Shown: piece after piece, positions 52,997 to 62,430 of the stretch | How positions within the stretch are numbered: the first letter of the stretch is position 1 | How the letters are laid out: each line of letters opens with the position of its first letter | Origin: a virus | IMG/VR virus record: IMGVR_UViG_3300008448_012223 | DNA: 64,000 nt | Direction: 5' to 3' (one strand) | Position numbers and translations under genes: made by a program | The notes under the pieces: model-generated | The model's database searches: none | The model's input: the letters and a program-made list of their open reading frames with translations, nothing else | Told to the model about the DNA's origin: nothing

Positions 52997-53427
52997 ACAT
53001 TCATCTAACGTACTTCCACCTAATAAACACTGAGTTATTCTGTAAGAATGCCGCGCTCCAGCGTATAGCCGACCCTCTGCTACAAATTGCCGGCAGTATA
53101 TTCCCTAGTGCTAGGTTTATAGTATCGCCGCCACCTGACCCCTATCTACCTGTTATTAAACATAACTATGTAGTTCAGGTGGCGCAGAACTATACCAAGT
53201 ACTATCAACTAGAGAAGTGGGTTATAATAGCTAGCGTCACTGGTATAGGATTGCAGGAGTTCATTCAGCAAGACGAATATATGCAGGAGGCCGCCTATCA
53301 AGCGGCGTCTAACTATATTCAGAATCAGAATAAAAAACAAAAGCAATCCCTAGAAGAAATGACTAAATCTTTAGAGAATATGAACTCTAACCCACTATCT
53401 GAGATTAAAAGACCCTCATTCTGGTGA
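52936..53427 (+). other. -1 frameshift extension of 52634..52996 (includes the 53179..53427 ORF)
   Basis: The -1 frame is open from 52909 to 53427; slippery heptamer at 52936-52942. Confidence 0.6.
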
Positions 53428-54764
53428 ATATGGAAGTACGCAATGCCCCCACGCCAGCAATACGCCGGCGCACTATCTACGCTATGGAGCACCTAGGCCT
53501 AGCCACTAGTTATCTATCTGAGGATGGTGGCTATAAACGAGCAGGTAAGCCTACCTACCAGCAGCTGAGTGCCTGGGATGAGGCAGCGCAGGTGGAGCCT
53601 ATCATAGCGCAGGGCCTCGACTCTATAGCACTGAGCGTGCTTAATAAGGTCGGGCCCTATCAACACGGGGATAAACGCATTAAGAAGTTCATAGATGACC
53701 AACTACGCAATAGGGCCAAGACATGGATATCTCATTGCGTGAAGTCTATTATGACGTATGGCTTTAGCCTAAGCGAGCAGATATACGCCCACGGCACGCG
53801 TGATAATATGCCGGCTACGGTGCTAGATGACATAGTTAATTATCACCCACTACAGGTCATGCTCATCACTAACGACAATGGCCGTATAGTGGATGGTGAT
53901 ACAGTAACAGCTAGTCAATACAAGTCGGGCTACTGGGTGCCCCTGCCTCCCTATAAAATAGGAGACCCCCCTAAGAGAGTAGACGTGGTAGGTAGTCACG
54001 TACGGCTCCCTAGTCACAAACGGCTATTCATTAACTACAACACTAAGGGCAATAATCCCTGGGGTACCAGCTGCCTCACTAGCGTGCTAGACTACTCTAT
54101 CTTTAAACGGGCCTTTCGAGATATGATGCTCATAGCTCTAGACCGCTATGGCACCCCCCTCATATACGTAATAGTGCCGCCCGGTAATACAGGCGTAGTA
54201 GAGGAGGCCCCCGATGGTACAGAGATAACCACTACTATAGCGGAACAGGCAGAGGACGCACTCCGGCGTCTGAGCACCGACTCTGGTTTAGTATTAACAC
54301 AGCTCAGTAAGGAGCAGCCGGTACAGGTGGGGGCCCTAACTACAGGTAATAACTTCAGTGACTCATTCGAAAGAGCCATATCACTCTGCGATAGCAATAT
54401 GCTAATGGGTATGGGTATTCCTAACCTACTGGTGCAAAATAGAGAGACTACCTTTGGTACAGGCCGGGCCAGCGAGATTCAACTAGAGCTCTTTGATGGT
54501 AAGATCAACAGTATATTCGATACAGTGATACACGCCTTCACTGAGCAGGTCATAGGCAATCTAATCAGGTTGAACTTCGACCCCGCACTATACCCACTAG
54601 CTAGCAACACGGGCTATATAACTCGTTTACCGGGGAGGGCCACTGATCTAACAGCACTAATAGAAGCCATTAAGCATATGCACGACATGGGCTTCCTAGT
54701 AGATGGAGATAAGGATCACATACGTTCCATTACTGGATTACCTGATGCCATTAGTTCTATATAG
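53424..54764 (+). CDS. Portal protein (Mu gp29/DUF935-like)
   Basis: IM.YGFS.SE.IY, DRYGTP, typical size, position before the protease/capsid genes. Confidence 0.8.
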   Translation: MNMEVRNAPTPAIRRRTIYAMEHLGLATSYLSEDGGYKRAGKPTYQQLSAWDEAAQVEPIIAQGLDSIALSVLNKVGPYQHGDKRIKKFIDDQLRNRAKTWISHCVKSIMTYGFSLSEQIYAHGTRDNMPATVLDDIVNYHPLQVMLITNDNGRIVDGDTVTASQYKSGYWVPLPPYKIGDPPKRVDVVGSHVRLPSHKRLFINYNTKGNNPWGTSCLTSVLDYSIFKRAFRDMMLIALDRYGTPLIYVIVPPGNTGVVEEAPDGTEITTTIAEQAEDALRRLSTDSGLVLTQLSKEQPVQVGALTTGNNFSDSFERAISLCDSNMLMGMGIPNLLVQNRETTFGTGRASEIQLELFDGKINSIFDTVIHAFTEQVIGNLIRLNFDPALYPLASNTGYITRLPGRATDLTALIEAIKHMHDMGFLVDGDKDHIRSITGLPDAISSI

Positions 54765-55155
54765 GCTTTACACGATGACGTAGATCGTTCTGCCGCGCTC
54801 GGTATGCTAGGTGCCAGTCTCGCAGTATGAGGTGTTTACAGTAACCTCGCTGAGGGCAACTACAGTCTGCACCATGTATTTGATAGATATTACCACGAGG
54901 TGACTCTACTATCTCACCTCCCTCAACTGCAGTATAAGTGTAGCCCTCAGTTAGCATACGGCCGGCCAGGTAATTATAGTATGTAGACTCGAGCGTACCT
55001 TGTAGTAGAGAAGCTATACTTATCTTATACGGCCTGGCACTCAACCCCTCATCGAGATTAAAGACCAGATAGGTATCTTTAATAGTCGCGTTACGAATAC
55101 GGCGAACTAGAAGTCGCTCTAGAGCCTCTAAAGCCAATATTCTTTCTAATTGCAT
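54757..55155 (-). CDS. SWIM zinc-finger protein
   Basis: Start MQLERIL with AGGA RBS; CSCPQRGYCKH. Confidence 0.7.
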   Translation of the reverse strand: MQLERILALEALERLLVRRIRNATIKDTYLVFNLDEGLSARPYKISIASLLQGTLESTYYNYLAGRMLTEGYTYTAVEGGEIVESPRGNIYQIHGADCSCPQRGYCKHLILRDWHLAYRARQNDLRHRVKPI

Positions 55156-55192
55156 ATTTCCTACCTTTAGTAATGTCAGTTGATACAGGCTA

Positions 55193-56572
55193 ATGAAGCC
55201 ACCAGCAATTACGCTTATGCCCGAAACTATTGATACCTCTATTGTAGAGGATAATTTAAGTATAGATAACCCTACCTTTGAGATATCAGGGACCCCGCCT
55301 AGCGCAGCCGAAGCCCCATTGGCTGAGACTACGCCTATCGAGGTTGAAGCGGTCAGAGAGTGCACTGATGACTTCTGTCCAGTCAACATAGAGCATAACG
55401 GGCCCAGACTATTCAGCTCAGCTGCCGTAGGAGACGCCAGTATAGAGCTATTAAAGGGTAAGCTAAGAGTACCGCAGGCCAAGATAGGTACTTGGAAACA
55501 CAACACCTACGGTGAGGTAACCTTCACCATAGAAAAATTCACAGAGGCCATCACTAACTTCGAGAATGATGTACTAGGCTTTGAGCCATACCTTACATTC
55601 GGCCACCCTATTGAGAGCTTCGACGCTGATAGCTACAATGAATTCATAGAGACCGCAGAAGCACTTGATGCTCAGCGTAAGCGTGGGGACCTCGAGCAAT
55701 TACGCATTGAGGGCGACATGCTAGTGGGATACTATACACCTAAGCCAGAAGCCTATGATGCAGTTAGCAGGGAAGAGTACGAATACAGCTCAAGCGAATT
55801 CATGACTAATTTCACTGATAAGAAAACAGGAGTTAATCGAGGAACTGTATTAGTTAGAACTGCATTAACTAATGCTCCATTCATTCCTCATAGAGAGAAG
55901 GTAGTGGCACTTAGCCAGAGCCCACAAACAATAGCCGGAGCAGTGTTTAAATTAAGCGCAGTTATACCTGAACAAACAATTTCTAGTCAAACAACTATGT
56001 CGGATGAGATTATTATGGAAACTACTGAGATTCCCGGGACTCCCGAGCCCGTCCCGGCAACGGAGCCCTCACTAGTAGCGGCTAAAGATGCCCTTGATAA
56101 CATGCGCCTTAGTCTAGAGGCGGCATACGAAGAGAAGCTAGCAGCTATGACTAAGGCTCAGTCTGATGTAATAGCTACCCTCACTAGGCAGTTAGAGACT
56201 ATTGAGGAGAAGCTATCGATGACCCAATCTGTAGCTCAGGCCTATTCTACTGAGGTAAGTGTTAGAGAGAAGGCCAACCGTGCTAAGCGCTTACAAAGCA
56301 GAGGCGTGCCTCCTGCGTTAATTGAGCGTTTCAGTTTATTAGCCGATGCACTCCACGGCGGTTCTCGTGTTATCAAGCTTTCTACAGAGGCTGGCGGCGA
56401 GCGCGATGTAACCGAGGAATTAGAAGAGCTATTAAATATTGCTGTTAACAGTCAGCCCGTAGTAGTGCAACAGTTTGGCCAGAGCGCAGCCACCCGCCCA
56501 TCTGGTCTAGAAGCCCAGCTCCACGAGCTAGCCCAGAAGAACTGGGATTCAGCTAAGAAATCCAAGGTCTAG
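55193..56572 (+). CDS. Prohead protease/scaffold (Mu gpI-like)
   Basis: GTWKH..YG, LTFGH, Y.Y.SSEF...DKKTG...G.VL...ALTN.PF followed by an acidic coiled-coil scaffold. Confidence 0.8.
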   Translation: MKPPAITLMPETIDTSIVEDNLSIDNPTFEISGTPPSAAEAPLAETTPIEVEAVRECTDDFCPVNIEHNGPRLFSSAAVGDASIELLKGKLRVPQAKIGTWKHNTYGEVTFTIEKFTEAITNFENDVLGFEPYLTFGHPIESFDADSYNEFIETAEALDAQRKRGDLEQLRIEGDMLVGYYTPKPEAYDAVSREEYEYSSSEFMTNFTDKKTGVNRGTVLVRTALTNAPFIPHREKVVALSQSPQTIAGAVFKLSAVIPEQTISSQTTMSDEIIMETTEIPGTPEPVPATEPSLVAAKDALDNMRLSLEAAYEEKLAAMTKAQSDVIATLTRQLETIEEKLSMTQSVAQAYSTEVSVREKANRAKRLQSRGVPPALIERFSLLADALHGGSRVIKLSTEAGGERDVTEELEELLNIAVNSQPVVVQQFGQSAATRPSGLEAQLHELAQKNWDSAKKSKV

Positions 56573-56598
56573 TCCTAATTTACTAACTTCCCACTAAT

Positions 56599-57912
56599 AT
56601 GGCAGATATTCCGAGCCCCAACCTTCAAGCACTTATCAGCAGCCCCTACTTAGTAGACAACACTACGTTCCCTCGGGAGCCTGTATACACTGAGTTAGCC
56701 CGCTCTATTCTCGCTAAGTTACCTGAGACCCCTCTCAGCACTGTATTCCCCGATGAGACTATCGCTGAGCGCATTGTCATTGCTGAGCATGTCATCGAAG
56801 GCGTCAATACTATTTTCCCTGTGGTTGAATGGGGTGCACCTGACCTATTCGTTGATGACGACGGTTATACAGTGTATCGCCAATCCTACCAGCCTCTCCC
56901 TATCCGTCAGTCGATGTACATGAGTTATGCCCAACTCAATAACACTGTGAGAGAGGGCACTACTAATGAGCGCGCTACTGCTGCTGAACAGATTGAGAAG
57001 AAACTCACCCGTCAAATGCAGAAGCACCAGTTAACCTGGAACGTGTTCCGGGCTGCTATGATGCTCGGCGGCATCCATTACACTGATCCTCGTTCTGGAG
57101 TTCGTGTTAAGGCCCCCGCGCACATCCCCGCGCGCAACTTCTTTGGCTTCAACGTTACCCAAGGTTACCGTGGCCGTAATGAGGCACGTTTATTCCGTAA
57201 CCTCATTGATTTAAACGCAGGCGGTACTCCCAGTTCAGGCATCCCTATCACTGATCCTCAGTTTGCTCTCTCCAACTTCGTGCGTCGACTAAACCGTTGG
57301 TTTAAGGATACCAATAAATCGGATATCACCGATATGTATATTGGTCCCGAGATGCGCGATGTTATCCTCATGTCTGAAGAAGCTCGTCTCGCACAAGGCG
57401 GTATTATCCCTAGGCTCGGCGCAGTGTTTGGAGACAGCACAATTGACTCCAACGGCAGTGGTGGGTCCTTTGGTCCCCTCCCTGCTGGTGGATTAGGAAC
57501 TGGCATGGGCCTAGTATTAGGTACCCGCGGCGATATCGTCTCTATTGCGGGAGTCAACGTTCACGTAGTAGATACTATCTACAAGGACCCCGTTGATGGC
57601 GTTGAGAAGCGCGTATGGCCTAAGAACAAAATTGTAGCTCTCAGCTTCCGCGATAGCGATGGCAACGTAGAAGCGCCGGGTAGAACTCAGTATTGCTCTA
57701 GTGAAAACAGTATTGATAGCCCTGGCTTATGGACTCGTACTGTTACTGATGTTCCTCCTCCGGCAGCACCTGGTATCGCGGTTCAGATGGGTAATGCCGG
57801 TCTTCCCTACTTCAAGTTTCCCTATCGCGTCTGTCATGTAACTCCCTGTACCGTACAGCAAATCAATGAGCGTCTCGGTATCCAAGGAGAGCTATTCTTC
57901 CCTGGTTTGTAA
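56599..57912 (+). CDS. Major capsid protein (Ma-LMM01 major-head-like)
   Basis: Position after protease/scaffold, high-expression codon style; sequence recalled as the Ma-LMM01 major head protein. Confidence 0.85.
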   Translation: MADIPSPNLQALISSPYLVDNTTFPREPVYTELARSILAKLPETPLSTVFPDETIAERIVIAEHVIEGVNTIFPVVEWGAPDLFVDDDGYTVYRQSYQPLPIRQSMYMSYAQLNNTVREGTTNERATAAEQIEKKLTRQMQKHQLTWNVFRAAMMLGGIHYTDPRSGVRVKAPAHIPARNFFGFNVTQGYRGRNEARLFRNLIDLNAGGTPSSGIPITDPQFALSNFVRRLNRWFKDTNKSDITDMYIGPEMRDVILMSEEARLAQGGIIPRLGAVFGDSTIDSNGSGGSFGPLPAGGLGTGMGLVLGTRGDIVSIAGVNVHVVDTIYKDPVDGVEKRVWPKNKIVALSFRDSDGNVEAPGRTQYCSSENSIDSPGLWTRTVTDVPPPAAPGIAVQMGNAGLPYFKFPYRVCHVTPCTVQQINERLGIQGELFFPGL

Positions 57913-57940
57913 TTCCTCACCCCCCACATATCTTTAAACT

Positions 57941-59047
57941 ATGTCTATCCACAACGTTTGGCAGGCCCTCCCTGGAGCGCGTAAGCCGATCTACGATACG
58001 CTGTATGTGTTGGGTGGGGTAACTACCGCCCCCACCGCAACTGTACAGGCCTCTCCTAACGAGGACACGATTAACTTCACTGGTGGGACCATCGAGTTCG
58101 ATGGTATTCCTATCTCTCTCAATGGCTTATCTCTTGATTTCGGTGCTCTTGGCTCTCTTGTAGCACAGGGACAGCGCTTTGTAATTAGCGCAGTACCCAG
58201 TTACTTAGAGCCGGCTGATAAAACTGCTGCTGTCGCCGCTGGTGTCAATTACTTCGTTAACTATGATGCTAACCTTGAGGCCTACGCTGATGTATTCATC
58301 AGTCCCACTGTCGAGGCTGCTGTAGCCGCTCTTGGTGGTATTGATAATGTGCGTAACCGCGTATTCAAGGGATCGGCTAGCGCAGCTGATATTGTAGCCT
58401 TCAACAATTACGAAGAAGAGCGCGCTAAGAGTACCAGCCGTCCCTATGCTCCTTATCCTCTCGTCCCTTCTGGCGTGCGCCTAGTTCTCAGGGAAGTAAT
58501 TCCCCAGACCAATGCACCATCCCAGAATCTCTTAGAGAACATTACCTCTACTGCATTTCTTGAGTTGAGTGCTCAGGTACCTGAGTTCCCTGCAGTCCGT
58601 AAGGTATTTACTAAGGCCGACGCTGTAGCCCGCTACAACACCGCTGGTAAATCCTTCTTAATTAAGCCCGGCACTGCATTCCATTACGCTAACGTTGGCA
58701 ACGCTAATGCTGGTACCGCGAGCACTGCTATTGCTGACATCAATAACATCAACGCTGCGTCCGGTACTCACGTCTCTGTGTTTGAGTATTACATGCCCAG
58801 CACTACTGCGTCTGCTCAGACTGGTAGCGAACCGGCTATCCAGCGCGTATTAACTCGTTCTGACTCTACATTACTAGGTCGCATCAATCCAATCTACTTA
58901 GCGAATGAGGCTCCTATGCGTAAGGTCGGAAAACCAGGCGACTCTCGCCTGACTAAATGGGCTGATCCCACTGATCTAGTTGAAGTGACTGTAGGCCCAT
59001 CTAATGCTCTCACTATCTCCCGCACTATCTACAGAAGCTTAATCTAG
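57941..59047 (+). CDS. Second major head/decoration protein
   Basis: Follows the capsid gene, Ala/Thr-rich; recalled as the second Ma-LMM01 head protein. Confidence 0.7.
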   Translation: MSIHNVWQALPGARKPIYDTLYVLGGVTTAPTATVQASPNEDTINFTGGTIEFDGIPISLNGLSLDFGALGSLVAQGQRFVISAVPSYLEPADKTAAVAAGVNYFVNYDANLEAYADVFISPTVEAAVAALGGIDNVRNRVFKGSASAADIVAFNNYEEERAKSTSRPYAPYPLVPSGVRLVLREVIPQTNAPSQNLLENITSTAFLELSAQVPEFPAVRKVFTKADAVARYNTAGKSFLIKPGTAFHYANVGNANAGTASTAIADINNINAASGTHVSVFEYYMPSTTASAQTGSEPAIQRVLTRSDSTLLGRINPIYLANEAPMRKVGKPGDSRLTKWADPTDLVEVTVGPSNALTISRTIYRSLI

Positions 59048-59064
59048 TAGTGTGATGCCTATAT

Positions 59065-59091
59065 AAGACGCTAGGAGAAATCCTAGCGTCT
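59065..59091 (+). terminator. Hairpin after the head genes
   Basis: TAAGACGCTAGGA-GAAA-TCCTAGCGTCTTA-like stem with a GAAA loop. Confidence 0.7.
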
Positions 59092-59161
59092 TATATTATA
59101 GAGACCCCACTCTTTAGGGCGTCTTTATGTGTTAAATTGTTGATATCCATTTTCTAAGTAT

Positions 59162-59794
59162 ATGACTACATTAGTACTGACCATCCTAAGTCCCTTTGAC
59201 TATGAGTTCGGGGGCAAAAGTCGCGCTTACTTCACAGGAGATAGACCTCACTTCGACCTCAATGATGTACAGGCGAAGGAGGAGCTCAAGTTTCTAGTTA
59301 GCCCGCAGTCTATTCATCTAGATTACTTCTATCTCGATGAGTACCAACAGGGCTATAAGGAATTAATGGATGAAGTAAACCGCGAGGGCGCTAACTACGA
59401 TTACATTGAAGGCGAGGTTACCCACGGCGTCTCTACTCAAGAAGAGAGTGTTATCAGTTACGAAGTATATGATATCCCGGTGGGCTTACCAGGAGAGCCT
59501 CTAGTACCTATTGAAGAGAAGGCCCCTGAGTTAGGGGAGTCTGGTATGCCTCCCGCAGAGCCTGAGATTTACAATGAGGACGATGACGAGACTACGGTCT
59601 TCTTGACAGCAGATGGAAAGGAGATTGAGGTTAGCACCGTTAATAGCCCTACCCTCATTAATGCTGCTAATTTAGATAGACGAGCCCAGTTAGAAAAACT
59701 GACATCTGACAAAATCAAGGATATAGCTGTAGAAAAGGGTATTCGTTTCATCGGTAAGGCGCGTACTATTGATGCTCTAATGAACCTTGAGTAA
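59162..59794 (+). CDS. Acidic hypothetical protein with C-terminal HeH/Rho-N-like motif
   Basis: LEKLTSDKIKDIAVEKGI...KARTIDAL. Confidence 0.7.
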   Translation: MTTLVLTILSPFDYEFGGKSRAYFTGDRPHFDLNDVQAKEELKFLVSPQSIHLDYFYLDEYQQGYKELMDEVNREGANYDYIEGEVTHGVSTQEESVISYEVYDIPVGLPGEPLVPIEEKAPELGESGMPPAEPEIYNEDDDETTVFLTADGKEIEVSTVNSPTLINAANLDRRAQLEKLTSDKIKDIAVEKGIRFIGKARTIDALMNLE

Positions 59795-59806
59795 CCGGAG
59801 GTTACA

Positions 59807-61684
59807 TTGAACAGTTTTGGCCAGAGTGGTCCCATCCGCACCTATATAGAGACTAACCGCGAGGCATTCCTCGATATGGTAGTCTCTCACAGTGTTCTAT
59901 TATCAGCCTATAGACGACGGCAGGATGAGGTAGTGGCTGTAGCGCTGCAACAGGCTTATCCGCGCATGGGCTTGATACTGAGCGCAGCCCGCGCTCTGGA
60001 TAACACGTATCTATTCGGCGATACGTATCCCATAGTATTCCAGCGAGTAGTCGAGATACTCAGCGATTCTAGCGGTCCATTCCAAGAGGGTCTACTGGCC
60101 ATAGCAGCTACTCTCACTGCTAGTCGTCTAATAGCCTCCATTCCTATTGATGCTAATGTTAAGAATATAACGCTAGCGGAGAATCTAGAGAAGGCGGCTA
60201 TAACCGATCTAGAGCGTATCATAACTCTCTATAAGGATGGTTTAGTATCAGGAGACGGGGCACGAGAGCTAGATATTGATAAGGAGCGCACTCTCTACTT
60301 TGCACTCAATCTCGACCTAGGCTCACTATCCTATTCTGACTTCACATCTATTAACCTAGATACGAGCCGGCCCAACTCACCAGTACGTCAATTAGAGACA
60401 CTGCATATAGATAGCGATAACTATAGCTATGTATATCTCTACTTATCTAATAAAACGGGCCCCACCGATGGATACGTAGTAAGTAACTCTAGTGCGGTAG
60501 AGGTCATAGTGCCTATGGTAGATGGCTATACTATTCACGACGTCATATCTAGTGTCACTATGGCTATTAATAATGCTACGCTAGGCGCACTAGACTGCAC
60601 CAACCTATTGGTGGGCCCTAATAGTAAGAGGCCCCGCTCCGTACAACTAGACATAGATAGTAAGAGTTATTTCCCGAATGAGTTACCTAAGCGCACGAAG
60701 GCCTCTGTATGGTTCGAGACGGTAGGTATGAGTATGGGAGTACGGCGCCACGATGCCACTATTGGTAAAGAGCTGGTGATAATGTCGGCCCATACTATAG
60801 CGCTTAGCGTTATATTACCAGGCTATCTAGGCGAGTGGGCCGCAAGCTCTACATACGCTATTAGTAGTATAGTCAGATATAATGGCCTATTCTACCGAGC
60901 GCTAGTAGCAGGTCTAAATCCAGCTCCTCCCAGTGCACGGTGGGAAGTTGTTACTATAACTCCTGCCGTGGCTATAGCAGCCCGTACCTCTAGTGAGTAT
61001 CACATCCCAGGGCTACTCCATAGTACGGAACCCGACTTTAGTTCTATGGGGGAATGGGGGAGTCGTTCTCTTATACTCGAGGTCAAGGAGGGCAATTATA
61101 AGGCTATGGAGCCCACACCGACTACCGATTATGAGCTCAATACGTTTTACTTCAGAACTACGGGCCCCTTAGAAGGGACCGTACGACTTCGTATTAGTAG
61201 TAGTCAGCCTACGGAAGAGAGTTATACATTCTTAGATACGGACGATACATTACTCATAGAGGTAAATGGTTTAACACCTATGGCACTAGTAGAGACTCTA
61301 CTACAGGCTACATACTCTATAAGCCCTTACACGGGGGTACTAGGCGCTATACATATTGATAGAGATGGCGTGCCGGGCATAACCTTCACGTCTTTCAGAG
61401 AGTCAGCTCTTGAGATAAGAGAGATAATCGATCTACTAGCAGGAGATGATGGCTTCCCTAGCAAACTCGAGGTAGGAGTAGGAGATGAGGTAGCCAATAG
61501 ATCAGCCTATACAACGAACCCCCGCTCTCTAATCATAATGGCTAAGAAGCAAGATAACTTGAATGAGATTAAGGCCGCCATACTAGACCCTAATAAGGGG
61601 GGCGGTAAGGTAGTTAGAGTAACTACAGGAGATATGAGCCCGCGCCTCCAGGATGTATTTGACCGTCTCAGGAGACTAAAATGA
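59807..61684 (+). CDS. Structural protein with CBM5/12-like module (neck/head-tail candidate)
   Basis: TTG start with GGAGG RBS; W..SSTY...IVRYNGLFYRA......PP...W. Confidence 0.65.
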   Translation: MNSFGQSGPIRTYIETNREAFLDMVVSHSVLLSAYRRRQDEVVAVALQQAYPRMGLILSAARALDNTYLFGDTYPIVFQRVVEILSDSSGPFQEGLLAIAATLTASRLIASIPIDANVKNITLAENLEKAAITDLERIITLYKDGLVSGDGARELDIDKERTLYFALNLDLGSLSYSDFTSINLDTSRPNSPVRQLETLHIDSDNYSYVYLYLSNKTGPTDGYVVSNSSAVEVIVPMVDGYTIHDVISSVTMAINNATLGALDCTNLLVGPNSKRPRSVQLDIDSKSYFPNELPKRTKASVWFETVGMSMGVRRHDATIGKELVIMSAHTIALSVILPGYLGEWAASSTYAISSIVRYNGLFYRALVAGLNPAPPSARWEVVTITPAVAIAARTSSEYHIPGLLHSTEPDFSSMGEWGSRSLILEVKEGNYKAMEPTPTTDYELNTFYFRTTGPLEGTVRLRISSSQPTEESYTFLDTDDTLLIEVNGLTPMALVETLLQATYSISPYTGVLGAIHIDRDGVPGITFTSFRESALEIREIIDLLAGDDGFPSKLEVGVGDEVANRSAYTTNPRSLIIMAKKQDNLNEIKAAILDPNKGGGKVVRVTTGDMSPRLQDVFDRLRRLK

Positions 61685-62379
61685 CAGATCTCAGGATAGA
61701 GAACTCACTATACGACATCAGCCGCCGTCTATTCGCATATTTATCTAATCACCCCCTACTCTACTACCCACTAGTAAAGCACCCTGTCACTGGAGACGTA
61801 GTGAATATAGAGTACTGGAGACAGGCAGCGGGACTAGCCACACAACCGGGCCTCGTTTGTTCTATATTCCCTAATAACGAAGCGGAAACTAGCACACCTC
61901 ATAGCTCTATGGGTTATGAGGTTAGTAGTGTATATAAGCCCCATACTATGGGAGGAATGGGGGGCTACGAACAGGCCTGCTTTAACTTCATAATACGGTT
62001 CTCTATGCAAGAGGTTAGCTTCGATGATCTCGATATAGAAGAGTGCCCTATACTTATAACTGATAATTTAGAACCACGCTTGCAAGAACCCATAGTATCT
62101 ACTGCTAGGCTGGCTATTAGTCCTCCACTAGCTATTATCAGTAATTACATGGAGCTAACGCGCCTTGCATTATACGATAATGAACACAGCATAGCGCTAC
62201 CAGGCGATAATATACAGGTACTGAGTAGTAATTACTCAACTAGTAAGTGGGAGGACAATGGTAACGTTTACTTTCATCAGGGTAGTCTATTAATAGCTCT
62301 AGATAGCTACGTCAGCAAGGGCTGGCGGGATAGATTAAGACAACCCTTAGAGAGATTTACCATACTAGATCCTACTTGA
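61681..62379 (+). CDS. Putative tail terminator/neck protein
   Basis: 232 aa immediately upstream of the sheath; inferred from synteny. Confidence 0.5.
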   Translation: MTDLRIENSLYDISRRLFAYLSNHPLLYYPLVKHPVTGDVVNIEYWRQAAGLATQPGLVCSIFPNNEAETSTPHSSMGYEVSSVYKPHTMGGMGGYEQACFNFIIRFSMQEVSFDDLDIEECPILITDNLEPRLQEPIVSTARLAISPPLAIISNYMELTRLALYDNEHSIALPGDNIQVLSSNYSTSKWEDNGNVYFHQGSLLIALDSYVSKGWRDRLRQPLERFTILDPT

Positions 62380-62430
62380 GTCTATCTAATAACTGATAAG
62401 ACTACTAAGTCCCTACGGATATATAGATAA

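Noticed and set aside
54757-55506. 249-aa version of the SWIM ORF
   Set aside because: The upstream part is antisense to the protease gene; ATG at 55155 has an RBS.
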